A stretch of 64,000 nt of DNA from Saprospiraceae bacterium (GCA_033761835.1 JANRME010000304.1:5686-69685); one strand, 5' to 3'. Numbered from the stretch's first letter, positions 25,137-34,749 are shown. The notes: generated by a model from the sequence alone, not told the origin. Made by a program: numbers and translations.

Positions 25137-25970
25137 TTATCTTCTCCAACGAGGCTCGATGCGAATGACGCGAGTCTCACCATTTGGCAACGTGACCTGT
25201 GCTTTGTTGTCACAATCTTCACCGCCGAAGCCGTAGTCAATCGTAAATACATTGCCGTTTCTATTCACTTGGCGGATACCATTGCCAACCCAAGGGCAGA
25301 TTTTTGCTTTGATAAGTGGCTCGATAATTTCGGAACTGTAGGTTTTGCCATCGCGATTCGTGCCGGAAGAAGAACCTTCAATTTTAACAACATCGTCGAA
25401 CATTCTCGGTGTATTTGCACCAAGGATTACTGTGTAAGTGTGCTCCGCTTCCCACATCGCTACATCTCCATCAGGATAAGTGATTTTATGCTCAAAACCG
25501 CGTGTAAAAGAGCTATTACCGTTATTGGTTAGTGTCGTAGTGCCTTCAAGCTTCGCGCCATCCACGTAGTAGTCTACAAAAGTAATGGTGCGGGTTGCGC
25601 CGGTTTGATTTAATGGGGCACTTTGTACAATCACAATTTTACCCTTTTTCTCTCTACCGCGTGGAGAAGTACAGCCATCGCCGTAGTCAATCGTGATTGT
25701 TTTGGGGAAAGTCATAGTATCTGCTGGCTCGATGGTGCGAGTTGGGCAATCTTCGCGTACTTCCACACCGCCTTCAGCCATGATACCATTCTCGATCAAT
25801 TCTTCGATTTCATCTTCGGCATCTAATACAAGGTCTTCAACAGCAGTAAGGTCTTCGGTAGTAATAACATCTTCGTTGAGCGAGTCAGTATTGTCATCGT
25901 CTTTATTACAAGCGGCAAATGTCAAAATCAAACCCAACAAGAGCATGGATAGAAATGAAAACTTTTTCAT
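25137..25970 (-). CDS. Hypothetical lipoprotein
   Basis: 277 aa. Signal peptide plus lipobox (LLLGLILTFAAC), then an acidic Asp/Glu-rich segment. No family recognised. Confidence 0.65.
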   Translation of the reverse strand: MKKFSFLSMLLLGLILTFAACNKDDDNTDSLNEDVITTEDLTAVEDLVLDAEDEIEELIENGIMAEGGVEVREDCPTRTIEPADTMTFPKTITIDYGDGCTSPRGREKKGKIVIVQSAPLNQTGATRTITFVDYYVDGAKLEGTTTLTNNGNSSFTRGFEHKITYPDGDVAMWEAEHTYTVILGANTPRMFDDVVKIEGSSSGTNRDGKTYSSEIIEPLIKAKICPWVGNGIRQVNRNGNVFTIDYGFGGEDCDNKAQVTLPNGETRVIRIEPRWRR

Positions 25971-26292
25971 GGTAGATTGAACTTTTTTTGGTTAAATAAT
26001 GAATGAAATACTTTTGTTAAAATAATCGCCACGTACAAAAAATTAAAAGATTGATAATCAATAAACTGAATATTAATCAATAATCAATTGTAAATAGACA
26101 ATTATAGATTGGGGCTGTTAATGTGCACACTATCAGCAAGTTAAAATTGTCAATTTAAATATTTTTGTATTATTTTGTTGACATCAGATAGACTTGGCAT
26201 TTCGATTAAGGTTTAATGCGGTTTAAAAAAATTTTCAAATAAATTTTAATAACCTGGAGTGTCCTATATTTCGCTTCTTATCTTTGCTTCCG

Positions 26293-26838
26293 ATGAATGA
26301 AGGAAGGGTCATATTAAACCAAGAAAGATTCGCACTCACAATTGAACGACTTTGCCAGCAATTGATTGAAGAGTACGATGATTTTAACGCTACCTGTCTG
26401 GTAGGCATTCAAACTGGTGGCGCAGTGCTGACCGATCGTTTGTGTCAAAGAATTCAGGAAATTCTTGGAATTCCCAAATTGGCAAGCGGCAAGCTGGATA
26501 TTACTTTTTATCGCGATGATTTTCGCCGCAGAGATAAACCACTCGCGCCGAGCGCCACTGAAATGGATTTTATCGTAGAGGATAAAAATGTGGTGTTGAT
26601 CGATGATGTATTGTACACGGGGCGCACGACGCAAGCCGCGCTCACTGCGCTCAATCATTTTGGCCGGCCGCGCTCGGTAGAATTATTGGTGATGGTTGAT
26701 CGAAGATTCAATCGGCATTTGCCGGTGCAGCCCGATTTTGTTGGGATTGTCATAGACGCACTCGACGAAGCCTACGTGCGCGTGGAATGGCAGGAAGAAA
26801 ATGGCGAAGATCGAATTTTATTGTTTGCAGATAAATGA
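26293..26838 (+). CDS. pyrR: PyrR (uracil phosphoribosyltransferase / pyr regulator family)
   Basis: PRPP-binding motif VVLIDDVLYTGRTTQAAL plus overall PyrR-like length and blocks. ATG at 26293 (the listed ORF begins at a TTG at 26284). Confidence 0.85.
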   Translation: MNEGRVILNQERFALTIERLCQQLIEEYDDFNATCLVGIQTGGAVLTDRLCQRIQEILGIPKLASGKLDITFYRDDFRRRDKPLAPSATEMDFIVEDKNVVLIDDVLYTGRTTQAALTALNHFGRPRSVELLVMVDRRFNRHLPVQPDFVGIVIDALDEAYVRVEWQEENGEDRILLFADK

Positions 26839-26890
26839 GTTGGTTAATTTTTATTTGTTATCAAGTTTTCTTGTTCTCTATGTCACGCAG

Positions 26891-26928
26891 TCTGGCATCT
26901 TTAAATCTGGCATCTGGCATCTTTAAAA
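26891..26928 (+). repeat. Short tandem repeat immediately upstream of the pyrB start
   Basis: TCTGGCA occurs at 26891, 26906 and 26913. The first and third copies are followed by TCTTTAAA, giving a TCTGGCATCTTTAAA unit twice. The pyrB ATG is at 26930. Confidence 0.8.
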
Positions 26929-26929
26929 T

Positions 26930-27862
26930 ATGAGCATAACACAAGAACTGAGTACGAAACACTTACTGGGCATCAAATACCTCAACCCCGAGGACATACA
27001 TCTTATTTTTGAAACCGCCGACAGCTTTAAAGAAGTTATCAACCGCCCTATCAAAAAAGTCCCTTCGCTCCGAGATATTACCATTGTTAATTTGTTTTTT
27101 GAAGATTCTACCCGTACGCGCATTTCCTTCGAGCTTGCGGAGAAGCGCCTTTCTGCAGATGTACTCAATTTCTCAGCATCTTCTTCTTCTGTGAAAAAAG
27201 GGGAGACCTTACTTGATACCGTCAATAATATCCTTTCCATGAAAGTGGATATGGTCGTGATGCGCCATCCCGCGCCTGGAGCGCCACATTTTCTGGCTCG
27301 CCATATCGACGCCAATATTATCAATGCTGGTGATGGCACACACGAGCACCCCACCCAAGCTTTGCTCGATGCTTATTCTATTCGTGAGAAACTCGGTACT
27401 TTAGAAGGTAAGAAGGTGGCTATATTTGGAGATATTCTACACTCCAGGGTAGCTTTAAGCAATATCTTTTGTCTAAAGAAATTGGGTGCAGAAGTCATTG
27501 TCTGCGGCCCGCCGACTTTGATTCCAAAACATATTCATGAACTGGGAGTTGGTGTAGAATACAATGTACGCAAAGCCTTGGAATGGTGTGATGTAGCGAA
27601 TATTCTTCGCATTCAATTAGAACGGCAGGACATCAAATACTTTCCTTCTCTCCGTGAATACGCGCAATATTTTGGCATCAACAAAGCCCTACTCGACAGC
27701 TTGAACAAACCCATCGTCATCATGCACCCCGGCCCGATCAATCGCGGCGTGGAAATCACCAGCGATGTCGCTGATTCTGAGCATTCTATCATTTTACAAC
27801 AAGTAGAAAACGGTGTAGCCGTGCGCATGGCGGTGCTGTATTTGCTGGCAGCGCGAGGGTGA
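26930..27862 (+). CDS. pyrB: Aspartate carbamoyltransferase catalytic subunit
   Basis: Motifs FFEDSTRTRISFE (STRTR), HEHPTQALLD (HPxQ) and HPGPINRG. Confidence 0.95.
   Translation: MSITQELSTKHLLGIKYLNPEDIHLIFETADSFKEVINRPIKKVPSLRDITIVNLFFEDSTRTRISFELAEKRLSADVLNFSASSSSVKKGETLLDTVNNILSMKVDMVVMRHPAPGAPHFLARHIDANIINAGDGTHEHPTQALLDAYSIREKLGTLEGKKVAIFGDILHSRVALSNIFCLKKLGAEVIVCGPPTLIPKHIHELGVGVEYNVRKALEWCDVANILRIQLERQDIKYFPSLREYAQYFGINKALLDSLNKPIVIMHPGPINRGVEITSDVADSEHSIILQQVENGVAVRMAVLYLLAARG
27822..27858 (+). repeat. Direct repeat copy 1 (last 37 nt of pyrB coding sequence before the final Gly codon and stop)
   Basis: tgcgcatggcggtgctgtatttgctggcagcgcgagg is identical to 28689-28725. Confidence 0.95.
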
Positions 27863-27908
27863 TGTGCGGACACTGACAGGCAGGCAATCCGGCGCTAACT
27901 TTGGCTTA

Positions 27909-28340
27909 TTAATTCTTCAAAAGGCGAGTTCCGGTAAGTAATTCCAAGAAATCATCCGCAGAAATAACTGGGACACTAGGGAATGCAATATCTTTTAATG
28001 CCTTGAAATGGCGGTCTTCTGTAACGATAAAATCAGCATTGGCAGCAATGGCGCAGTCCACGAACTTATTATCATCGGGGTCTTCCCGAATTAAATTCCA
28101 AAAAAAGTATTTTGAAATCTGCACGGTATCTGGGGAATTTTCAATCGCTTTTAAGGTATTTTCTGCAACGCTTGGCCGAAGGCTGTATTTCTCTTGCAGT
28201 TTTTCGGCATATTCGGAAAGAATATCGGTTGTGACACAAAGCTCAAACCCGCCATTTAGAAAAGCATCGAAAATAGGATAATACGGAGTTCCAAAAGGAA
28301 TGGAAACCAGTAACACATTGGTATCCAATACGACTCTCAC
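27909..28340 (-). CDS. PIN-domain toxin (PIN_3 / TIGR00305-like TA toxin)
   Basis: 143 aa with a GTG start. Contains MRVVLDTNVLL, DPDDNKF and FIVTEDRHF, the acidic residues typical of PIN nucleases. A 4-nt GTGA overlap links it to the upstream small ORF. Confidence 0.8.
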   Translation of the reverse strand: MRVVLDTNVLLVSIPFGTPYYPIFDAFLNGGFELCVTTDILSEYAEKLQEKYSLRPSVAENTLKAIENSPDTVQISKYFFWNLIREDPDDNKFVDCAIAANADFIVTEDRHFKALKDIAFPSVPVISADDFLELLTGTRLLKN

Positions 28341-28585
28341 TTTTGCTCCTTTTTATAGGGGGTGCGCATATTTTCTTGAAGCAGTTCTTGGGCATCATAG
28401 CCTTTCTTTTCCCAAACTGCTTGCGCTTCGGCACTGGCTTTATCGGCAAAATATCGCGCTATCATCCTTTGAATAACCTTCAAATCTTCATCTGCAACAC
28501 CATCCGCATAGAGCCTCAATAACTGAAGTTGCAGATTACTAAGTGGAAGAGAAAGTGGAGCGGCATTCGGTTCTTGTGCTTGCAT
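28337..28585 (-). CDS. Putative cognate antitoxin
   Basis: 82 aa counted from the ATG (CAT at 28583-28585); a TTG at 28612 is an alternative start. Its stop overlaps the toxin start. The product is small and helical (LQLQLLRLYADGVADEDLKVIQRMIARYFADKA). No family recognised. Confidence 0.6.
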   Translation of the reverse strand: MQAQEPNAAPLSLPLSNLQLQLLRLYADGVADEDLKVIQRMIARYFADKASAEAQAVWEKKGYDAQELLQENMRTPYKKEQK

Positions 28586-28688
28586 GTCCGTTGTTTTACG
28601 CTTAATGTGCAATGTTTAACAAATTTAGCCCTTTTTTGTCAAGGGGGCAATTCCTTTTTTCAAAAAAGATTAGTCAATCGCGCCAGAC

Positions 28689-28725
28689 TGCGCATGGCGG
28701 TGCTGTATTTGCTGGCAGCGCGAGG
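28689..28725 (+). repeat. Direct repeat copy 2 (orphan duplicate of the pyrB 3' end)
   Basis: Identical 37-mer. It is followed by ataa (Gly-stop kept in frame), where copy 1 has gtga. Confidence 0.95.
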
Positions 28726-28906
28726 ATAAAAATGCATTAAGCAGTTTCAATTAAAACGTCGATAAAAAAGTGCATCTAAAATGTCTATTTTAGAGTTATT
28801 CTTTTATTATTGTACAAATGACTTTTAGAGCTTGTTACATAATCTAAAGTATGCCCCGTTTTCTTGTTAGATAAAATCCTTTACAGGACATTCAAAATGA
28901 ATTAGT

Positions 28907-31324
28907 ATGAAATTAAAGCAGATCCAATTTGCCATTTATTCATTGATTGCCTCCATGATTTGCGTGAGCGCATCGGCTCAGACCGAGCAATACCAGGATT
29001 ATCCGATCACGCCTGTTCCTTTTTCTAAAGTGCAGATCAAAGATAATTTTTGGGCACCTAAAATCCGTACGAACCACGATGTGACCATCCCGATTGCTTA
29101 TGAACAGAGCAAAAAAACAGGGCGCATTGATAATTTTAAAATCGCCGGCGGCTTGATGGAAGGGCAATTCTGCACCGAATACCCTTTCGACGATACCGAT
29201 ATTTACAAAATCATTGAGGCGGCGAGTTATTCCATCCAAACCTTTCCAGATAAAAAAATGGAAAACATGATGGATTCTTTAATTTCGTATATTGCTGTTG
29301 CTCAAGAGGATGATGGGTATCTTTATACCACGCGTACCATTGGCAAAAATGTGCATGAATGGGCGGGAGAGCAACGTTGGGAATTGGTACATGATCTGAG
29401 TCATGAATTGTATAATCTGGGGCATCTGTTTGAAGCGGCGGTAGCGCATTACTCGGCTACGGGCAAGCGCAATCTCTTAGATATTGCCATCAAAAGCGCG
29501 AACCTGATTTGCAATGAATTTGGTGAAGGCAAAATTGTCAATTATCCTGGGCATCAGGAAGTGGAGATTGGTTTGGTCAAATTGTATCGCGTCACCAAAG
29601 ATGAGCGTTATTTGAAACTCGCCAAATTTTTCCTGGACGTGCGCGGCAGAGCAAACGTCGGAAAGCCAGCAAAATATAGCCAATCGCATATTCCTGTTAC
29701 CCAGCAAAAAGAAGCCGTCGGGCACGCAGTACGCGGCGCGTATATGTGGACGGGCATGGCAGATATTGCAGCCATCATGGGTGATGAAGCATATATGAAA
29801 GCGATCAATAATATCTGGCATGATATAGTTGACAAAAAATATTATATTAATGGCGGTATCGGCGCTACGGGCAGCGGCGAGGCTTTTGGCGAGGCTTACG
29901 AATTGCCGAATATGTCTGCTTATTGCGAAACTTGCGCCGGCGTGGGCAATGCGATCTGGAATTATCGGATGTTTTTGATGACGGGCGAAAGCAAATTCAT
30001 TGATGTGTTGGAAAGGTCTATGTATAATAATATTATAGATGGCGTTTCTTTATCAGGTGATCGCTTTTTCTACCCGAATCCTTTGGCTTCTTATGGTCAG
30101 CACGAGCGAAGCGAGTGGTTTGGGTGTGCTTGCTGCCCGCCAAATGTGGCGCGTTTTCTGCCTTCAATGCCAGGTTATATTTATGCACAAAAAGATAATG
30201 ATATTTATGTCAATCTTTACATAGCCAGTGAATCTACTTTTAATGCAAATGATAATCTATTGACAATCAGTCAACAAAGCGGGTTTCCCTGGCAAGGCGA
30301 TGTTAAAATTAATTTTAAATCTATTAAGCCTATTGATGCCAATATAAAGCTCCGCATTCCAGGTTATGCAATTAATCGCCCTGTGCCGAGTGATTTATAT
30401 ACGTATTTGGATGCAAATCCTGATCCTATTGTAATAAAATTAAATGGCAAAAAGGTTGATTATCAAATCGATGATAAGGGTTATGTGAATATTGCTAAAA
30501 AATGGACGAGCCGTGATGTCATCGAAATTGCTTTTCCGATTGTAACGGAAATTGTGCAATCGCACGCTGGAGTAACTGAAAATACCGGCAAAATCGCTGT
30601 GGAACGCGGTCCAATCTTATATTGCGCTGAATGGGCAGATAATCCTAATGGGGAAATTTTAAATTTAATTGTGCCTGAAAATCAAGATTTTAAAGCAGTT
30701 AAATCGGAAAAATTAGGTGGCATTTACACCATCGAAGCGACTGCCAAAAGAGCAAAACGCAACCTGAAAGGCGAAGTAGAAGTCAGCAATAGCAACCCAT
30801 TGACACTGATTCCGTATCACCTTTGGAACAATCGAGGTCCGGGAGAAATGAGTGTTTGGCTGGCGACGGATTTGAGCAGCGCCCGCCCTGCCCCTGCGCC
30901 CACCATTGCCAACAAAAGTAAGGTCACGGCTTCTGTCAAAACCAAAGCGATCCGCGCGGTGAACGACCAAATGTATCCAAAAAATTCCAACGACCATACG
31001 ATACCTTATATTCATTGGTGGCCCAAAAAAGCGACGAGCGAGTGGATGCAATTTGATTTTGAGCAGCCGCAAGAAATATCCTCGGTGAAAGTATATTGGT
31101 TTGACGATGGACCACATGGGGGTTGTAGAATTCCGGCAAGCTGGGAAGTGCAGTATAAAGAGGGCGAAGAATGGAAGCCCGTGCAAGCAGCCAGCGCTTA
31201 CAAAGTGACCAAAGATGATTGGGATGTAATTCAATTTAAATCATTGAAAACTAGTGCGTTGCGACTTGTTGTCAATCTACCGCAGGAATATGCTACTGGT
31301 ATTTATGAAGTAATTATTGAGTGA
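28907..31324 (+). CDS. GH127-family beta-L-arabinofuranosidase-like enzyme with C-terminal discoidin/F5-8-type-C-like domain
   Basis: 805 aa with a signal peptide. SAYCETCAGVGN (E-x-C) and WFGCACCPPNVARF (CC) correspond to the Glu/Cys3 Zn site described for GH127 HypBA1. The C-terminal ~140 aa is a beta-sandwich-like carbohydrate-binding-type module. Confidence 0.8.
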   Translation: MKLKQIQFAIYSLIASMICVSASAQTEQYQDYPITPVPFSKVQIKDNFWAPKIRTNHDVTIPIAYEQSKKTGRIDNFKIAGGLMEGQFCTEYPFDDTDIYKIIEAASYSIQTFPDKKMENMMDSLISYIAVAQEDDGYLYTTRTIGKNVHEWAGEQRWELVHDLSHELYNLGHLFEAAVAHYSATGKRNLLDIAIKSANLICNEFGEGKIVNYPGHQEVEIGLVKLYRVTKDERYLKLAKFFLDVRGRANVGKPAKYSQSHIPVTQQKEAVGHAVRGAYMWTGMADIAAIMGDEAYMKAINNIWHDIVDKKYYINGGIGATGSGEAFGEAYELPNMSAYCETCAGVGNAIWNYRMFLMTGESKFIDVLERSMYNNIIDGVSLSGDRFFYPNPLASYGQHERSEWFGCACCPPNVARFLPSMPGYIYAQKDNDIYVNLYIASESTFNANDNLLTISQQSGFPWQGDVKINFKSIKPIDANIKLRIPGYAINRPVPSDLYTYLDANPDPIVIKLNGKKVDYQIDDKGYVNIAKKWTSRDVIEIAFPIVTEIVQSHAGVTENTGKIAVERGPILYCAEWADNPNGEILNLIVPENQDFKAVKSEKLGGIYTIEATAKRAKRNLKGEVEVSNSNPLTLIPYHLWNNRGPGEMSVWLATDLSSARPAPAPTIANKSKVTASVKTKAIRAVNDQMYPKNSNDHTIPYIHWWPKKATSEWMQFDFEQPQEISSVKVYWFDDGPHGGCRIPASWEVQYKEGEEWKPVQAASAYKVTKDDWDVIQFKSLKTSALRLVVNLPQEYATGIYEVIIE

Positions 31325-31334
31325 AATTATCACC

Positions 31335-31367
31335 AGATTTAGGAAATTTTTAAAATTTCCTAAATCT
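31335..31367. repeat. 33-bp perfect palindrome between the two GH127-like genes
   Basis: The sequence is agatttaggaaatttt + t + aaaatttcctaaatct, giving 16-bp arms. Confidence 0.9.
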
Positions 31368-31390
31368 CAACTTTAAAATAAGGGATTATA

Positions 31391-33721
31391 ATGAAAAAGC
31401 TCCGAAATACGCTTATTTATTGCAGTTTAATTTTATTTTCTATTACATCCTTATTATATGCTCAAAATCGCCAGGAAGTAAAGCCCTTCGCTTTAAGCGA
31501 CGTAAAACTGCTGGAAGGACCATTTAAACACGCTACCGATCTGAATATCAAATCTTTATTGAGCTACGAGCCGGATCGGCTGCTGGCGCGGTTTCGGTCG
31601 GAGGCAGGTTTGGAGCCAAGAGCCGAATCGTACAAAGGTTGGGAGGCGCAAATGCTGGCGGGGCATAGCCTCGGGCATTACCTGAGCGCTTGTGCGATGA
31701 TGTATCAAACTATTGGGGATAAGCAATTTTTGGATCGCTTGAATTACATCGTGGACGAGTTGGAAATCATACAAAAAGCCAATGGTGGCGGGTATCTTGG
31801 CGCTTTTACCAATGGCAAAAAGATTTTTGAAGAAGAAATTGCAAAAGGCAATATCCGGTCGCAAGGCTTTGATTTGAATGGGATTTGGTCGCCATTTTAT
31901 ACCCATCATAAAGTGTTCGCGGGCTTGCGCGATGCTTATCGTTTGTGCGGCAATAAAAAAGCGCTGACACTGGAAGCCAATTTTGCAGATTGGGTGGAGA
32001 CCATTGTGCGACCTTTGACGGAGGAGCAGATGCAGGAGATGCTCCGTTGCGAATTTGGCGGCATTCAGGAGACTTTTGCACAATTATACGAAGATACCGG
32101 GAATAAAAAATACCTGGATTTGGCGCGGGTTTTTCATCACAAAGCAATCGTTGATCCGCTGGCGGAAGGCAAGGACGTTATGCCTGGCAAGCATGGCAAT
32201 ACACAAATCCCAAAACTCAATGCTTACGCGGTTTTTTACGAATTGACTGGCAATGAAAAAGATCGAAAAGCAGCGGAATTCTTCTGGAATACAGTGGTTC
32301 ATCATCATTCTTATGTGACCGGCGGAAACGGGAATCACGAGTATTTTGGCGAGCCGGATAAACTGCGCAATCGCCTGAGCGAAGGCACCACCGAGACTTG
32401 CAATGTTTATAATATGCTCAAACTCTCCGAGCATTTGTTCTTGTGGAAGCCAGATGCCCAGGTGGCGGATTTTTATGAAAGGGCTTTGTTCAATCATATT
32501 TTGTCCACACAGCATCCTGAAACGGGGCGAGTGATTTACAATTTATCCTTGGAAATGGGCGGTCGGAAATATTATCAAAATCCGTATTCCTTTACTTGTT
32601 GCGTCGGCTCCGGCATGGAAACCCATAGCAAATACGGCGGTAGTATTTATTATCATAATAATACAGAATTGTATGTAAGTCAATACATTGCATCGGAAGT
32701 GAATTGGAAAGAGCAGGGCATTCAATTTACCCAAACGACCAAATTCCCGGAAGAACAAGGCACGAGTTTTACATTTCAAATGAAAAAAGCGAAGGAATTG
32801 ACGCTGCATTTGCGCTATCCGCATTGGGCAGAAAAAGGAATAGAAGTCTTGGTCAACGGCAAGAAGCAAGTCGTTAATAGCCGACCCGGAAGCTTTGTTT
32901 CCATCAAACGCAAGTGGAAAAACGGGGATAAGGTGGAGGTGAAATTTCCGTTCTCATTAAGATTAGAAGCCATGCCGGATGACCCTGCGCGGATTGCGGT
33001 GTTTTATGGTCCGGTGGTACTCGCAGGAGATTTGGGTCCGAATGAAGATGAAAATGCGACTTCACCAGATTATGTACCGATTTTTATGTCGGAAGAGCGG
33101 AATCCCAGCGCTTGGCTGGAGCCGGTTGCAGGGCAAGTTAATGTCTTCAAAACCAAGGGAGTAGGCAAACCCAGAGAGGTAGTTTTTAAACCATTTTATC
33201 AAACACATGACCGTCGGTATTCAATTTATTTTGACTTGTTCAATGAGCAAAAATGGAAGGAATTCCAGGCAGCCTATCAGGCAGAACAAGAACGCAAAAA
33301 GAAGCTGGAAGCCATGACTTTCGATGCGTTTCAGCCGGGTGAAATGCAGCCCGAACGCGACTATAATTTCACAGGCGATAAGTTGAATCTGGAAGAAAAT
33401 TTCCGGGGTAGAAAAGCGCGGGGTTCCGAGCGCGGCGGCTGGCTTTCGTTTGAGATGAAAGTGATGAAAGGGCAACCAATGGCTTTGGTGCTGGAATATT
33501 GGGGCGGTTATACCGGTTCTAAAACTTTTGACATTCTGGTGAATGATATAAAAATCGCAACAGAAAACATTAGTGGAAAACGAGATGGAGAATTTATTGA
33601 TATCCAATACAATATCCCAGATGCAATTACTGCCGAGACCGACAAAGTGACCATCAAACTGATGCCGCACGAAGGACACCGAGCAGGTCCATTTTTTTAT
33701 GCGCGCACGATCAAAAGATAA
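31391..33721 (+). CDS. GH127/GH146-like (DUF1680) glycoside hydrolase
   Basis: 776 aa with a signal peptide. GTTETCNVYNM (E-x-C) and FTCCVGSGMETHSKY (CC) are conserved with the upstream paralog. Confidence 0.75.
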   Translation: MKKLRNTLIYCSLILFSITSLLYAQNRQEVKPFALSDVKLLEGPFKHATDLNIKSLLSYEPDRLLARFRSEAGLEPRAESYKGWEAQMLAGHSLGHYLSACAMMYQTIGDKQFLDRLNYIVDELEIIQKANGGGYLGAFTNGKKIFEEEIAKGNIRSQGFDLNGIWSPFYTHHKVFAGLRDAYRLCGNKKALTLEANFADWVETIVRPLTEEQMQEMLRCEFGGIQETFAQLYEDTGNKKYLDLARVFHHKAIVDPLAEGKDVMPGKHGNTQIPKLNAYAVFYELTGNEKDRKAAEFFWNTVVHHHSYVTGGNGNHEYFGEPDKLRNRLSEGTTETCNVYNMLKLSEHLFLWKPDAQVADFYERALFNHILSTQHPETGRVIYNLSLEMGGRKYYQNPYSFTCCVGSGMETHSKYGGSIYYHNNTELYVSQYIASEVNWKEQGIQFTQTTKFPEEQGTSFTFQMKKAKELTLHLRYPHWAEKGIEVLVNGKKQVVNSRPGSFVSIKRKWKNGDKVEVKFPFSLRLEAMPDDPARIAVFYGPVVLAGDLGPNEDENATSPDYVPIFMSEERNPSAWLEPVAGQVNVFKTKGVGKPREVVFKPFYQTHDRRYSIYFDLFNEQKWKEFQAAYQAEQERKKKLEAMTFDAFQPGEMQPERDYNFTGDKLNLEENFRGRKARGSERGGWLSFEMKVMKGQPMALVLEYWGGYTGSKTFDILVNDIKIATENISGKRDGEFIDIQYNIPDAITAETDKVTIKLMPHEGHRAGPFFYARTIKR

Positions 33722-33723
33722 TC

Positions 33724-34419
33724 TTATAGCTTGAATACGAAGCCGTTAGATACTTTTTCTAGGTATTTTTTTTGATCAAATTTGTAGAGAAAAGAGCCTT
33801 TTTTCGAGGACTCCATATCTTTTTCATTTAATTTCACTAAAATATCTAAACCATTGATTTTCTTAGTGAAATTTCGTTTATCCATGTCTTCGCGCATAAT
33901 GGCTTCGTACAATTTTTGTAAATGACGCATGGTGAATTTCTCTGGCAAGAGTTCAAAACCAATGGGTTGAACAGAAGTTTTATACTGCAATTGTTTAATC
34001 GCCTGACGAACTATGTCGTTGTGGTCAAAGATAAGATCGGGCAACTCTGATAAATTAAACCATTGTGCTGAGTATCGTTTAATCAATTCGGTATTATGTT
34101 CTGCGATATTGATTAAAGCATAATACGGCACAGAAATAGTGCGGTCGCCGGGGTCTCGATCTACTTCGCTGAAAACATTTAGCTGCTCCATATAGATATC
34201 ATGTAAGCCCGTGAGGTGATACAATACGCGAGCGGCTGCCTGGTTCAAGTTTTCGGTTTTTTTCAAAAACCCTCCCATCAAAGACCAATGACCCTTTTTG
34301 GGCTCAAAATCTCTTTTAATGAGTAGGAGTTGGAGTTCCTCTTGATCCAAATCAAAACCAAAAATAATGCAGTCCACCGCAATATAGGCTTTGTCTTCGC
34401 TGTCGTAATGATGGATCAT
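33724..34419 (-). CDS. NUDIX-domain transcriptional regulator (NrtR family; AraR-like)
   Basis: The NUDIX-fold N-terminal half (VDCIIFGF...LLLIKR...PKKGHWSLMGGFL) has a degenerate Nudix box. The C-terminal half is winged-helix-like. The gene is placed divergently from araB, as described for Bacteroides AraR. ATG at 34419; the listed ORF starts at a GTG at 34434. Confidence 0.7.
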   Translation of the reverse strand: MIHHYDSEDKAYIAVDCIIFGFDLDQEELQLLLIKRDFEPKKGHWSLMGGFLKKTENLNQAAARVLYHLTGLHDIYMEQLNVFSEVDRDPGDRTISVPYYALINIAEHNTELIKRYSAQWFNLSELPDLIFDHNDIVRQAIKQLQYKTSVQPIGFELLPEKFTMRHLQKLYEAIMREDMDKRNFTKKINGLDILVKLNEKDMESSKKGSFLYKFDQKKYLEKVSNGFVFKL

Positions 34420-34542
34420 ATTGAATTTTTTCACCGCAAATATCTAAAAATAGAATTTTGTTTTGTTAAAATTATTAACAATTCTAATTTTCAAGCATAT
34501 TTATTTAAAAACAAGCAAGGGAACAATTATAATAGGCAATCG

Positions 34543-34565
34543 ACAATAGTAGAAAGTACTATTGT
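34543..34565. promoter_or_regulatory. Candidate operator palindrome 1 (araR side)
   Basis: ACAATAGTA-gaaag-TACTATTGT, with perfect 9-bp arms and a 5-nt spacer. Confidence 0.4.
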
Positions 34566-34749
34566 TTTGAAAATCAGCAATTTGTTGTAAATAAAATCTA
34601 TATATATTCTGGAACAAATGCTTAGATAACTCTTGCCAATTGAAATTTTATTCCGTTTTTTAGGGGAAAGCCAATAATTTGATTAAAAGTTGCAAAATTT
34701 ACGCCTAAATTTTTCTTTTTAGAATTAATGTTGCTAATATTGGCTCTAT

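Noticed and set aside
24797-25252. 151-aa minus-strand ORF spanning the usp 3' end and the terminator
   Set aside because: It overlaps two well-supported genes and a clear bidirectional terminator. The composition is not protein-like.
26839-26929. Expected PyrR-binding attenuator RNA between pyrR and pyrB
   Set aside because: I found no match to the Bacillus-type PyrR binding loop and no terminator/antiterminator pair. Only the TCTGGCA repeats are present, and those are reported separately.
28529-28729. 66-aa plus-strand ORF ending in RMAVLYLLAARG
   Set aside because: It exists only because the duplicated 37-bp pyrB 3' end keeps its frame and stop. The rest overlaps the antitoxin gene in antisense and has no coding features. 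I treat it as a by-product of the duplication.
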